A stretch of 64,000 nt of DNA from a virus: positions 29,479-93,478 of IMG/VR virus record IMGVR_UViG_3300046684_000205; one strand, written 5' to 3'. Positions 1 through 9,400 of this stretch are shown here, piece after piece; position 1 is the stretch's first letter; each line of letters opens with the position of its first letter. A program made the position numbers and the translations under genes. The notes under the pieces are model-generated. The model did not search any database, was not told the origin of the DNA, and saw only the letters and a list, made by a program, of their open reading frames with translations.

Positions 1-10
1 GAAAATTGTT

Positions 11-39
11 TTGACACAACTCAAAAGTTTGCTTACCCT
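11..39 (+). promoter_or_regulatory. sigma70-like promoter upstream of rdgC
   Basis: TTGACA-17 nt-TACCCT; spacer contains AAGTTTGC, shared with the 8419 promoter. Confidence 0.5.
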
Positions 40-72
40 AATAATTCCCTTCCCGAGAGAAAGTCCAACACC

Positions 73-924
73 ATGTGGCCCAAGAGCGCAACCATATTCG
101 GCATCAGCCCGAAAGCACAATTTCCCGTCGAGCAGCTTGAAGCTGCTCGTTTTGTTCCTGTCGGCGATCTGCAGCTGACGTCCTGCGGCTTCGTGCCGAT
201 TCAGGGCGAGCTGGCATACCGGCAGGGCAAGCACCTCCTGCTGCGCTTCATGACGGAAAAGAAACACCTGCCGGGCTCGGCGGTGGCGGTGAAGCTGGAA
301 GAGAGGTGCGCCGCGCTGGAAGACGAGCAGGGCTTCCCGCCCGGCAAGAAGGCGCGTAAGGAGCTCAAGGAGCGGATCGTCGACGAGCTGCTGCCGCGCG
401 CGCTGTCGTCGCGCCGTACGACCCTCGTCTGGATCGACCAGGTCCAGCATCGCATCGTGATCGACTCGACCTCGAACAGTGTGGTCGACGAGATTCTGAA
501 GACCCTGCGCAAGACCTTCACCGGCGAGCTGGGCATCTGCGACGTCAGCTGGCCGCGCGACAAGGTGATCACCGAGTGGGTCAACGACGAGGCGCCGCAC
601 GACTTCACGCTGGACGATTCGCTGGTGGTGCAGTACCCGGGTGCGAAGGGCAAGGTCGTGAAGTTCGAGCGCGGGTCCTGCGACGACACGGACGTGATGG
701 ACAGCCTGCAGCGCGGCGCCGTCGTGCAGTCGGTCGCCATGACCTTCGGCAGCCGCCTCTCGTTCGTCATGACCGACAACAACCAGATCCGCAAGCTTCG
801 GGCGCTGGACGTGCTGCAGGAAGGCCGCGACGCCGAGAAGGATGTCGACCGCTTCGCTGGCGACGTCGAGCTGATGACGCGCGAGCTGGGCGTGCTGATC
901 GATCGCCTGGTGCGGGAGGCGTAA
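73..924 (+). CDS. rdgC: recombination-associated protein RdgC
   Basis: GFVP, EKKHLPGS, LLPRALS and DRFAGDVELM motifs; 283 aa. Confidence 0.85.
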   Translation: MWPKSATIFGISPKAQFPVEQLEAARFVPVGDLQLTSCGFVPIQGELAYRQGKHLLLRFMTEKKHLPGSAVAVKLEERCAALEDEQGFPPGKKARKELKERIVDELLPRALSSRRTTLVWIDQVQHRIVIDSTSNSVVDEILKTLRKTFTGELGICDVSWPRDKVITEWVNDEAPHDFTLDDSLVVQYPGAKGKVVKFERGSCDDTDVMDSLQRGAVVQSVAMTFGSRLSFVMTDNNQIRKLRALDVLQEGRDAEKDVDRFAGDVELMTRELGVLIDRLVREA

Positions 925-1226
925 TGGCGATCCGGAAAATTGGCATGCTCACCGAGGTCACGCCCGGCCAGTACATCTGCATCGAGCCGCTGATGCGCGA
1001 CCACATCTGCAGCTCGCCGCTGAAGGTGCTTCGCCGCAGCGGTAAGCGGGTGTATTTCGAAAACCGGCATGGTGAAGAGAAGTTCTGCGCTGTCGGCAGC
1101 GTCGTTGCCCTGTGCGACACCCAGGAGGAGGCCGCGGAGCTCTTCGCCATCAGCCTGTCGCAGTTCGACCGGCTGCGCGAGGTGCGCAACGAGCACAAGG
1201 CGCAGTTCGCGGCCCTGCTCGCATGA
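924..1226 (+). CDS. hypothetical protein (100 aa)
   Basis: TAATG stop/start overlap, GGAGG upstream. Confidence 0.7.
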   Translation: MAIRKIGMLTEVTPGQYICIEPLMRDHICSSPLKVLRRSGKRVYFENRHGEEKFCAVGSVVALCDTQEEAAELFAISLSQFDRLREVRNEHKAQFAALLA

Positions 1227-2326
1227 GCACGGCCTACTACAACGAGTTCGATCCCGGCGCCGCGGCGTGGCTCCGGGAGTTGATTAAAGAGAAGCTGATC
1301 GCGCCGGGCGTGGTCGACGAAAGGAGCATCGCAGATGTCACACCCGGAGACCTTGCCGGATTCACCCAGTGCCACTTCTTCGCCGGCATCGGCGGCTGGT
1401 CCTACGCTCTCCGACTTGCAGGCGTCCCTGACAGCCGTCCAGTCTGGACTGGAAGCGCTCCTTGCCAGCCTTTCTCCTCGGCAGGCGAGGGAGCGGGGTT
1501 TGATGATGAGCGGCACCTATGGCCCGCTCTCCACCACCATGCCCGCGTCCGACGCCCTGCAGAAATCCTTGGAGAGCAGGTTGCAAGCAGTCTCGTCGAC
1601 CCATGGATCGACCTTGTACAAGCTGATCTGGAAGCCCTGGGCTACGCCGTCGGGGCGCTCGCGTTCCCGGCTTCGTGCGTCGGTGCCCCGCACATCCGCG
1701 ACCGCTGCTACTGGGCAGGCCGGCTGGGTGACACCGACCTCCCGCGACTGGAAGGACTCGGGAGCCGATATCAAGCCGCGCTCGGACAATGGCAAGGAGC
1801 GCCTGGATCAGCTGCCGCGGCAAGCGAACTTGTGCGGCTGGTCCACGCCGATCGCCAACGAGGCCAAGGCGGGCACGCCCTGCTCCAACCAGGTGACGGT
1901 GGGCATGGCGGCGCAGCTGACGGGCTGGCCGACGCCGCGCGCGGTGGATGGCAGCAAGGGTGTGGACCCGACGGCGGACACGCTGCGCGGCACGGATCTG
2001 CCGACCACGGCCAGCTGGACGAGTGGGATCGCCGTGCCGGGCCCGGCCCGACTAACGGCTACTGGGAAGCTGCTGACTGGCTTGCTTGCCGAGACAGCCG
2101 ATGGCGGCCTGTTGAATGCGGCACACAGCCGCTGGCTCATGGGCTACCACGAAGCTTGGGATCGTGCGGTGCCAGGGTGGCAGGACTGGCACGCATGGCA
2201 GGTCTTGATGCAGCAAGCCTTGGCCGAGCAAAGAGCTACCGCGTGACGGCGCTGCGAGGCTATGGCAATGCGATCAACGTCTATGCCGCGAAAGCATTTA
2301 TTGAAGCGTTCTACGGGAGCATCTGA
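1223..2326 (+). CDS. C5 cytosine DNA methyltransferase, large (alpha) polypeptide
   Basis: FFAGIGG (motif I), GSAPCQPFS (IV), EQV (VI), PHIRDRCYW (VIII), LRGYGNAI (X); ATGA overlap at start. Confidence 0.88.
   Translation: MSTAYYNEFDPGAAAWLRELIKEKLIAPGVVDERSIADVTPGDLAGFTQCHFFAGIGGWSYALRLAGVPDSRPVWTGSAPCQPFSSAGEGAGFDDERHLWPALHHHARVRRPAEILGEQVASSLVDPWIDLVQADLEALGYAVGALAFPASCVGAPHIRDRCYWAGRLGDTDLPRLEGLGSRYQAALGQWQGAPGSAAAASELVRLVHADRQRGQGGHALLQPGDGGHGGAADGLADAARGGWQQGCGPDGGHAARHGSADHGQLDEWDRRAGPGPTNGYWEAADWLACRDSRWRPVECGTQPLAHGLPRSLGSCGARVAGLARMAGLDAASLGRAKSYRVTALRGYGNAINVYAAKAFIEAFYGSI
1335..2246 (+). CDS. nested +1-frame ORF, putative beta polypeptide of the methyltransferase (TRD plus motif IX); true start uncertain
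   Basis: 303-codon ORF inside the MTase gene; three GWxTP repeats; LNAAHSRWLMGYHEAW resembles motif IX, which the main frame lacks. Confidence 0.65.
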   Translation: MSHPETLPDSPSATSSPASAAGPTLSDLQASLTAVQSGLEALLASLSPRQARERGLMMSGTYGPLSTTMPASDALQKSLESRLQAVSSTHGSTLYKLIWKPWATPSGRSRSRLRASVPRTSATAATGQAGWVTPTSRDWKDSGADIKPRSDNGKERLDQLPRQANLCGWSTPIANEAKAGTPCSNQVTVGMAAQLTGWPTPRAVDGSKGVDPTADTLRGTDLPTTASWTSGIAVPGPARLTATGKLLTGLLAETADGGLLNAAHSRWLMGYHEAWDRAVPGWQDWHAWQVLMQQALAEQRATA

Positions 2327-2509
2327 ATGATCCAGTCGACTATAGCCAAGCTGGAGCACCGCCTCCGCGTGGCGCAGTCCGACCTTCGAGACTGCAGCAA
2401 TCCGAAGTACCCGCACCTCAATACGGCCGAGATGGTCAACCAGACCAAGCAGCGGATCGCGGTCATCGAGCGCGATCTGGCAGCGGCCCGGCGGGAGGTA
2501 TCCGAATGA
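2327..2509 (+). CDS. hypothetical coiled-coil protein
   Basis: abuts both neighbours; GGGAG RBS. Confidence 0.65.
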   Translation: MIQSTIAKLEHRLRVAQSDLRDCSNPKYPHLNTAEMVNQTKQRIAVIERDLAAARREVSE

Positions 2510-2841
2510 CCAGCGGAAGACTCGGCCCCTGCGCCAAGTTGGAGGTGCGCTGCACCATCGTCACGCCCGACGGCAGCCGTTTCGTCGGCGAGAACTGGTG
2601 CGCGCATCCGCAGCCAGCCTGCCCGCGCGCGCCCGGCGAAGGCTACGAAAAATGCCAGACCGTCTGCGGCCAGATCGGCCACGCCGAAGAAGTCGCTGTG
2701 ATGCTGGCCGGCGATGCCGCGAAGGGCGCGCATGCCTATGTCGAAAACCATACCCACGCCTGCCGCAACTGCCAGGAAGTCCTGTTCGGCCAGGCAGGAA
2801 TCAAAGCGCTGACCATCGGCGCACCACCGGAGAAAGTATGA
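2506..2841 (+). CDS. dCMP/cytidine deaminase-like Zn protein
   Basis: HAEE and CRNC motifs (HxE...CxxC). Confidence 0.75.
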   Translation: MTSGRLGPCAKLEVRCTIVTPDGSRFVGENWCAHPQPACPRAPGEGYEKCQTVCGQIGHAEEVAVMLAGDAAKGAHAYVENHTHACRNCQEVLFGQAGIKALTIGAPPEKV

Positions 2842-3044
2842 AAAACTGCACCAAGGACGATCTGCCCTTCGAATACATCAAGCCGGCGCCGCTGAACCAG
2901 CGCGTTATCCTGCTCGAGCGTGATGGCTCGATCACGACCGGGCCATGGAAGGGCCCGGCGATCGGCAGCAATGCCCGCTTCATCGCCTGGCACCCGCTGC
3001 CGGCGCGCGACCTGGACCTCGAGCGCAAGCTCGAGCGGGCATGA
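2838..3044 (+). CDS. hypothetical protein
   Basis: ATGA overlaps; AWHPLP ending typical of small phage proteins. Confidence 0.65.
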   Translation: MKNCTKDDLPFEYIKPAPLNQRVILLERDGSITTGPWKGPAIGSNARFIAWHPLPARDLDLERKLERA

Positions 3045-3487
3045 TGTCTGGCTTGAGCCCTGACTCCAGGCGCAGCCTGGAGGAGTTGGCCAAGGTCCAG
3101 GCGCTGGTCCGGCGCGTCTCCAGCCCGTTCTGGATGCACCGACCCACGGCCTGGCAGTGGGTCGGGCCCGACGGCCGGCCGCAGGGCTTCGCGCCGATGG
3201 CGGGGACGAGCCCGGGCCTGTGTAACCTGCTGTGGCTAGCCATGGAATTCGACCGGCCGCCGCAGGTCTACCAGGCCAGCCACAACGGGCTCTACATCAT
3301 CCTGCTCAGCCAGGCCCACAACGCGATGCTGGACGGCGAGCCGCTGACCGACTGGGCCAGCGTCCTGACGCTGCGCGAGTTCGCCGACAGGTTGCCGGCC
3401 ACGAGCGAGGCGGAACTCGCTGTTGAGCGTGCCTACCCGCTGCTGAAAACACTTGCCGCGCGGAGGCTTGCAGATGCTCACACTTGA
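3041..3487 (+). CDS. hypothetical protein
   Basis: ATGA overlap, fills operon. Confidence 0.6.
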   Translation: MMSGLSPDSRRSLEELAKVQALVRRVSSPFWMHRPTAWQWVGPDGRPQGFAPMAGTSPGLCNLLWLAMEFDRPPQVYQASHNGLYIILLSQAHNAMLDGEPLTDWASVLTLREFADRLPATSEAELAVERAYPLLKTLAARRLADAHT

Positions 3488-4916
3488 ACAGGTGATCGAG
3501 CGCTACCCCTTCCCGCATCCGCTGGGAGGGGTCATGACACTCGAACCGATGCAGAAGGAGGATATCGTCAAGGCGGTCATGTGGCGCCGCGCGCTGCTCG
3601 ATCTACCGGTCGGCTACGGCAAGACGGTGATCGCGACCGCCATCTCCCTGGTGCTGCAGCCGCAGCTCACCATCATCCTGGTGCCGCCGGTTCTGATCCC
3701 GCAGTGGGTGGCCTGGCTGGGCAGCATTCCCGGCGCCGGGCTGGCGCTGGCCTACGACGCCCCGCCGAAGAAGCGGCAGGCGCTGCCCCTGCAGGACGCG
3801 GACTGGCTGGTGATGAGTTACCAGGTGTTCAACAATGACATCGAGCTGCTGCGCAGGCTCTGCGCCAAGGCCGAGGTGTTGCTGGTGGTGGACGAGGCGC
3901 AGGCACTGAAGGGTCGTGGCGTGCTGTTCAAGAATGTGCGTAATTTCGCGGCGGGCCGCGACTTGATCACGATGTCGGGCACGATCGCCAGCAAGCCGGG
4001 CGACTACTACAGCTACATCAAGCTCAACACGCCAGACACATACGGGACCTATACGCAGTTCGAGAACATCCATGTCAAGGAGCGCGACATCTTCAAGCAG
4101 CCGATCGAATGGCACAATCTCGATCTGCTGCAGACCAACCTGAACATGCGGCGCATCCACCGCACCAAGGAGGAGGTGCACTCGGCGCTGCCGAAGGCGA
4201 AGGTCATCCCGATCTATTACGACCTGTCGAAGGAGCACATGGCGCTGTACCGCCGCCTGATGGAGGAGCAGCTCCTGCTGCTGGACGACGGCGGCAAGAT
4301 CGACGCCACTACTGCCACGCGGCTGTATCACGCAGCGCAGCAGATCGTGATCGATTACGGCTTCTTCGCCGGCGACGAGACGAAGCGCTCGGCGATCTTC
4401 GACCTGGTCGACGGTATCGCCGACGAGATCAACCTTGGCGGCGAGATCCTGATGGACGGGAAGCTGCAGCCGGCCAGCAAGCTGATCCTCTGGACCACGC
4501 ACAGGAGTGTCTCGCGTCTGATCGGCGAGCACATGGATGCGCGGCTTGCGCCGATCGGCAAGAGGGGTGTGATGGCCTTTTCCGAGGTCGACTCGAAAGC
4601 GAATGTCCAGCAGTTCATGAGCGACCCGAATACGGTGAATTTGACAGCGCAGCCGGGCAGCGCCGGCGCCGGCCTGAACCCGCAGTATTTTTGCTGGGAA
4701 TGCGCTTACGTGCAGCTGCCGACGACCACGATCCCCTTCATTCAGTCCTCGGGTCGGATCGACCGCAAGGGGCAGCGCTACAACCCGAACATTCGGTTGC
4801 TCATCGCGCGCGGCACGATCCAGGAGCAGCTGCTGAGGAACCTCATCAAGAATGACGAGCTGGTCAACAAGGCAGCCGGCTCGAAAGGTGCCATCAAAAA
4901 TATGATTTTCCCGTAG
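3474..4916 (+). CDS. SNF2-like SF2 DNA helicase
   Basis: PVGYGKT, VVDEAQ, MSGT, AGAGLN, QSSGRIDRKGQ. Confidence 0.88.
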   Translation: MLTLEQVIERYPFPHPLGGVMTLEPMQKEDIVKAVMWRRALLDLPVGYGKTVIATAISLVLQPQLTIILVPPVLIPQWVAWLGSIPGAGLALAYDAPPKKRQALPLQDADWLVMSYQVFNNDIELLRRLCAKAEVLLVVDEAQALKGRGVLFKNVRNFAAGRDLITMSGTIASKPGDYYSYIKLNTPDTYGTYTQFENIHVKERDIFKQPIEWHNLDLLQTNLNMRRIHRTKEEVHSALPKAKVIPIYYDLSKEHMALYRRLMEEQLLLLDDGGKIDATTATRLYHAAQQIVIDYGFFAGDETKRSAIFDLVDGIADEINLGGEILMDGKLQPASKLILWTTHRSVSRLIGEHMDARLAPIGKRGVMAFSEVDSKANVQQFMSDPNTVNLTAQPGSAGAGLNPQYFCWECAYVQLPTTTIPFIQSSGRIDRKGQRYNPNIRLLIARGTIQEQLLRNLIKNDELVNKAAGSKGAIKNMIFP

Positions 4917-4974
4917 GAAATAGCTGTAGAATTCCGGATTCAATAGGTAGTTCAACCGTATAAGGAATAAGAAG

Positions 4975-5472
4975 ATGGACAACGCCGTACTCGGCAGAGC
5001 TGAAAGACTCAGCCTGCAGGCGCGCTGGCTCAATGCCCGGATGACGGGCAATCCTCTCTGGGAAGCGCAGGAACCAACGCCCCGGCTCCTGACTGTCAGC
5101 CAGAACCGTGCCTTCGTCGCCTGGCTGCCTGATGCCGCCGGCCGCCCACAAATCGTCGACGTGTTGCACGCCGCCGACATCGAAGCCTCCTTCACGACTG
5201 GCCTGTCGCTGGTTTTCGAGGGCCGCGCCAACAGCTCGCTGCTCCGCGTCTCGGCCTACCCGCGCGAGATCTTGCCAGGGGTGTTTGCCTGGCTGCCGGC
5301 CTTCTGCGAGTTCCGCTTCGCGCCGCGCGACTACGAAAACCCCTGCGGCACCTGGCGCGCGACCATACCCATGCTGGTGCGCGCCGCGCACCGCGAGGAC
5401 GTGAGGACGGATTGCATCCGTTTCTCGCCGATCAAGGAGTTCCGCGCCCAGTGGCCTGACGTGTCTGTGTGA
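4975..5472 (+). CDS. hypothetical protein
   Basis: 165-aa ORF with AAGGA RBS. Confidence 0.65.
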   Translation: MDNAVLGRAERLSLQARWLNARMTGNPLWEAQEPTPRLLTVSQNRAFVAWLPDAAGRPQIVDVLHAADIEASFTTGLSLVFEGRANSSLLRVSAYPREILPGVFAWLPAFCEFRFAPRDYENPCGTWRATIPMLVRAAHREDVRTDCIRFSPIKEFRAQWPDVSV

Positions 5473-5479
5473 GGGCGGT

Positions 5480-8422
5480 ATGAGCGCATTCCACTACTAC
5501 CAGATCAAGGGTGGGGAAGAGTCGTGGCAGCCGGTGCCGGTATCGCACCGCGACCAGACCATCCTCGACCACCACCCGATGTTCATGACCGTGCTGGCGG
5601 TCTCCAAACTGGTCGTCGACCTCACTTACGAGGAAAAGCTCAAGCTGGCCTATATGGGCCCGCTTTACGCTGACTTCGACTCCGAAAACGAGACACTGGT
5701 CATCGAGAAGACCAACGAGTTCCTTAGCAAGCTCGAAGAGCTGGGTGTGAACCTTGCCATGTGCCGGCTGTTCACCACTGGCGGGCGCGGCTACCACGTC
5801 GAGGTACCGGTCGAGCTCTTCATGGAGAAGGTGCCGAAGAATGGCGTGATCGGCCTGCCGTCAATCTACCGCGAGATGGCGCTGGAGCTGTCGGTCGATA
5901 CCCTCGACCTGACGATTTACTCGACCGGCCGCGGCCGCATGTGGCGCCAGCCCAACGTTCAGCGCGATAACGGCCGCTACAAGGTGCCAGTCACGGTCGA
6001 CGAGATGCGCAGCATGTCGCCCGAACTTGCGACTGAGCTGTCCTCGCAGCCGCGAGAGCCGGTGGAGGTCCTGCCTCCGAGCTTCTGCGTCAAGCTGTCG
6101 ATCGAGTATTCCAAGGCCATGCAAAAGGTCGAAGATCTGCTCAAGAGGCGCGCGAAGTTCAAGCCAGATCCGCACGTACGCGAGAAGGCCGGCTGCGCGT
6201 CCATCCAGTACATGATGGCGGGCCTGGGCATCAAGGCTGGTGTGGGCTTTCAGCAGATTGCCACCCAGCTGGCGATTGCCGCGGTCTCGGCCGAGATGTC
6301 GGAAGAGCGATTCATCGTCGAGTGCTCGGGCCTGATCGAGAATCACCAGGGCGACGGCAGCCGTTACGGCTCGCCGCAAAAGCGCGCTGACGAGTTGCGC
6401 CGCATGCACCGCTACATGAACGGCAATCCCTGCTACGAGTTCTCGGTCGGCGCCATCAAGACGCTGCTGAACCATCCGGCGCCAGACCTCGACGGCATCA
6501 CAACCACGAAGGAAGATGTCAAGGCTGAGATCGAGCTCGCGGCCACCCAGCTGGACGACCCGGAGCTGCAGCAGGATGAGTATGCCGACGTGGCCAAGGG
6601 TGTGACGCTGTCCCGCTACGGGATTTACGTCGACGGCGAGTTCGGCAAAAAGCGGATCTGTGCGGTGTCGTTCGACGCCGCGGCGATCCTGATGTCAAAG
6701 GATAGCGACCAGATTATCGGCTACGACGCGGTGGTGCTGGTCAACGGCAAATCGGTGGGCTCGATCACGCTCGAGAGCGACATGTTCTCCGGCCTGGTGC
6801 CCTTCAACCGGTTTGTCAGCAAATACGGGCATGCCTTTCAGGGCACCGATGCCCAGGTGAGGACGGTAATGATGCGATTCGTGGAGCAGGCAAAAAGAAA
6901 GGGCAACATCAGCTATGTCGTGGACCGCGAGGGCCTCGATATGATCACCATTCCCCAGCACGAGGATGTGCGGCTGCGCGAGCCCTTCATGATCTGGGCC
7001 GACGGCCATGGCGTGCGGCTGGAGCCCGAGATCGAGGCCACCGGCCTGAAGATCAAGTTCGCCGGCTACCCGGATCCGCGCGGCATGTTCAAGACCGACA
7101 TCTCGAATGCGCCGGCACTGGGATCGTGGTTGGAGGAGCCGGGCAACAAGCAGCTGCTGGCTGACACCCTTGGCCATCTGTTCGCTTGCCAGAAGCCCGA
7201 GGTGCTGGGCAAGGCGCTGGGCTGGTACGTGGCCTGCTTCTGGAAGCAGCTGTTCCAGAAGCATTACGGCAAGTTCCCGCTGCTGCATATCAACGGGCCG
7301 GCCGGCCTGGGCAAGACCGAGATGCAGCTGGGTATGGCGTCGATGTTCTACTGGCGCGGTGAGCCGCGGCCGCTGTCGCCCGGCTCGACCAACTTCGCGC
7401 TGCTGCAGCATCTGATCGGAGCAAGCTCTATCCCACTGATTCTCGACGAGTACAAGCCGCACGTGATGCAGAAGACGCGCCTGGACCAGCTCAAGGGTCT
7501 GCTGCGCGACGTCTACAACCAGCGTGACCAGGCGCGTGGTGGCGGCTCGCGCGAGAGCGATGACTACCGCGTGCTGCAGTTCTCGCAGATGGCCGCGCCC
7601 ATGGTGTTCATCGCCGAGGCGGCCGAGGAAGAGGCGGCAGTGATGGAGCGCGTGGTGCTGGTGACCCTGGCGCGCCCGCACCAGGCTGAGGGCCTGCGTC
7701 GGCACGCGCACTGGCAGTCGTACTGGAGGAACCGGCACCTGCTGGGCATCCTGGGCCAGTACATTGCGATGAGCATCGTGCAGGGCGGCGAGGCCGGCAG
7801 TTTTGTCGACGAGTTCGATGCGATGTATGGCGAGGCGAAGCGCCAGTTCATGCTGTCCGAGGAAGACTTGAAGGGTGCCCTGAGCGCCGAGCAGTTGAGG
7901 GAGAAGCAGAATACCAAGGAGCGCCCGGTCTACAACCACACGGTGGCGCGCTTTGGCATGAAGCAGTTCCGCAACCTGGTGAATGAAGCGATCGGCCCGA
8001 AGTTCGACGGCATCATGGCCGAGATGGAGCAGGGTGTCTTTGCCCGCCTGCACGACCTGCACGCGGCGACCACGCCGGAATACATCAAGGTCCTGTCCGA
8101 GATCTCCAGCATGAGTCACCACATCGAGAGCGACCGGCCCGAAGCCATCCGCAAAAACTACGAGTATGCCTTCGTCGAGGTCGCTGGAAAACAACGCATC
8201 GAGATTGCAGTGCGGTCGGCGTACCAGCGCTACCGTATGCACTGCCGCGCGTCGAATCTCGAAGCCTTGTTCGGCGGTTTCGAGAGCTTTGCCCACGCCC
8301 TGCAGGACTGCGGCGCGTTCGTCAAGCGCGGTACCGGCGAGAAGCTGCAGTCGCCAGGCGTGTTCACGTTCGATGCCGACGACCTTACAAGTCTTGGCGT
8401 TGACGTGTTCAAAAGCAATTGA
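5480..8422 (+). CDS. primase-helicase (N-terminal AEP primase-polymerase, C-terminal P-loop helicase)
   Basis: YADFD and TTGGRGYHV AEP motifs; GPAGLGKT Walker A; LILDE Walker B. Confidence 0.82.
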   Translation: MSAFHYYQIKGGEESWQPVPVSHRDQTILDHHPMFMTVLAVSKLVVDLTYEEKLKLAYMGPLYADFDSENETLVIEKTNEFLSKLEELGVNLAMCRLFTTGGRGYHVEVPVELFMEKVPKNGVIGLPSIYREMALELSVDTLDLTIYSTGRGRMWRQPNVQRDNGRYKVPVTVDEMRSMSPELATELSSQPREPVEVLPPSFCVKLSIEYSKAMQKVEDLLKRRAKFKPDPHVREKAGCASIQYMMAGLGIKAGVGFQQIATQLAIAAVSAEMSEERFIVECSGLIENHQGDGSRYGSPQKRADELRRMHRYMNGNPCYEFSVGAIKTLLNHPAPDLDGITTTKEDVKAEIELAATQLDDPELQQDEYADVAKGVTLSRYGIYVDGEFGKKRICAVSFDAAAILMSKDSDQIIGYDAVVLVNGKSVGSITLESDMFSGLVPFNRFVSKYGHAFQGTDAQVRTVMMRFVEQAKRKGNISYVVDREGLDMITIPQHEDVRLREPFMIWADGHGVRLEPEIEATGLKIKFAGYPDPRGMFKTDISNAPALGSWLEEPGNKQLLADTLGHLFACQKPEVLGKALGWYVACFWKQLFQKHYGKFPLLHINGPAGLGKTEMQLGMASMFYWRGEPRPLSPGSTNFALLQHLIGASSIPLILDEYKPHVMQKTRLDQLKGLLRDVYNQRDQARGGGSRESDDYRVLQFSQMAAPMVFIAEAAEEEAAVMERVVLVTLARPHQAEGLRRHAHWQSYWRNRHLLGILGQYIAMSIVQGGEAGSFVDEFDAMYGEAKRQFMLSEEDLKGALSAEQLREKQNTKERPVYNHTVARFGMKQFRNLVNEAIGPKFDGIMAEMEQGVFARLHDLHAATTPEYIKVLSEISSMSHHIESDRPEAIRKNYEYAFVEVAGKQRIEIAVRSAYQRYRMHCRASNLEALFGGFESFAHALQDCGAFVKRGTGEKLQSPGVFTFDADDLTSLGVDVFKSN

Positions 8423-8447
8423 CACGCGTCAAGAAGTTTGCCATACT
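8419..8447 (+). promoter_or_regulatory. sigma70-like promoter
   Basis: TTGACA-17 nt-CATACT with TG extension. Confidence 0.65.
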
Positions 8448-8514
8448 GAATTTTCACCCACATGCCGGGCGTGGGTTCCTGACCCGGCAAGACGATAACT
8501 TTAAAGGTAACGAA

Positions 8515-9339
8515 ATGGCACTGACCAAAAACACCGCAGCAAACACCCAGACCGCTCAATTCGAAGCTCCGGACGACGACGGCGTCATCGAGAACGGCGC
8601 CGAGCAGAAGACCCCCGAGCAGATCAAGGCTGAAGCCCAAGCTCGTCTGGCAGCTGCGGCAGCCCAGCACCAGGCATCCCAGCCGAAGGAAGAAGCCAAG
8701 CCGTCCGAAAGCCGCGCCGTGGCGCCGCAGGCCGGCCGTCAGGTGGCTGTCACCAAGCCGATGGTCAATCCGCTGGAGCCGCTGAAGGATGCCTTCCCGG
8801 TCGAATGGGACACCCTGCGCAATCTGTATATCACCAACGGCAACGTGGTCGACCGTCAGACCAACAAGGCCCTGGGCGATTCGATCGGCATGGAACTGCT
8901 GTCCTTCCAGGATCAGTGGGTCGTGTCGCCGGGCGGCGATGACAAGGACAAGGAGAAGAACAAGGAATTCGTTCGCTACTCCAACGACGGCAAGACCACC
9001 ACTCAGGGCGAAGACGTCGACGACTATCTGGCCAAGCTGCTGGCGACTGGCTTCCCGGACGCGAAGAAGAGCGAGCGTTCGGTGATCTGCGGCGCCCTGG
9101 TCGACATCGGCGTCAAGGGCAAGAAAGATCTGCCCGAGCTGGCCAACACGCTGGTGCAGATCAACCTGCCGCCGACTTCGAAGGCTGCGTTCAAGCGTTA
9201 CCAGATGGATCAGGCCTTCAAGATCGGCAAGGGTCTGATCGAGCCGGAAGGCGCCCAGATCGTGCGGATCGACTGCGACCTGGTGACCAAGGGCGACAAC
9301 ACCTGGACCGTCGCCAACTTCAGCCGCTACACCGCGTAA
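8515..9339 (+). CDS. hypothetical replication protein, possibly ssDNA-binding
   Basis: own promoter and terminator; disordered N-terminus, beta-rich core; next to primase. Confidence 0.6.
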   Translation: MALTKNTAANTQTAQFEAPDDDGVIENGAEQKTPEQIKAEAQARLAAAAAQHQASQPKEEAKPSESRAVAPQAGRQVAVTKPMVNPLEPLKDAFPVEWDTLRNLYITNGNVVDRQTNKALGDSIGMELLSFQDQWVVSPGGDDKDKEKNKEFVRYSNDGKTTTQGEDVDDYLAKLLATGFPDAKKSERSVICGALVDIGVKGKKDLPELANTLVQINLPPTSKAAFKRYQMDQAFKIGKGLIEPEGAQIVRIDCDLVTKGDNTWTVANFSRYTA

Positions 9340-9360
9340 TCTTCCTTCACGCCCACCCAA

Positions 9361-9386
9361 GGGAGCTCTTCGGAGCTCCCTTTTCT
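9361..9386 (+). terminator. intrinsic terminator
   Basis: GGGAGCTC-TTCG-GAGCTCCC-TTTT. Confidence 0.85.
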
Positions 9387-9400
9387 ACAGGAGAAATCCC

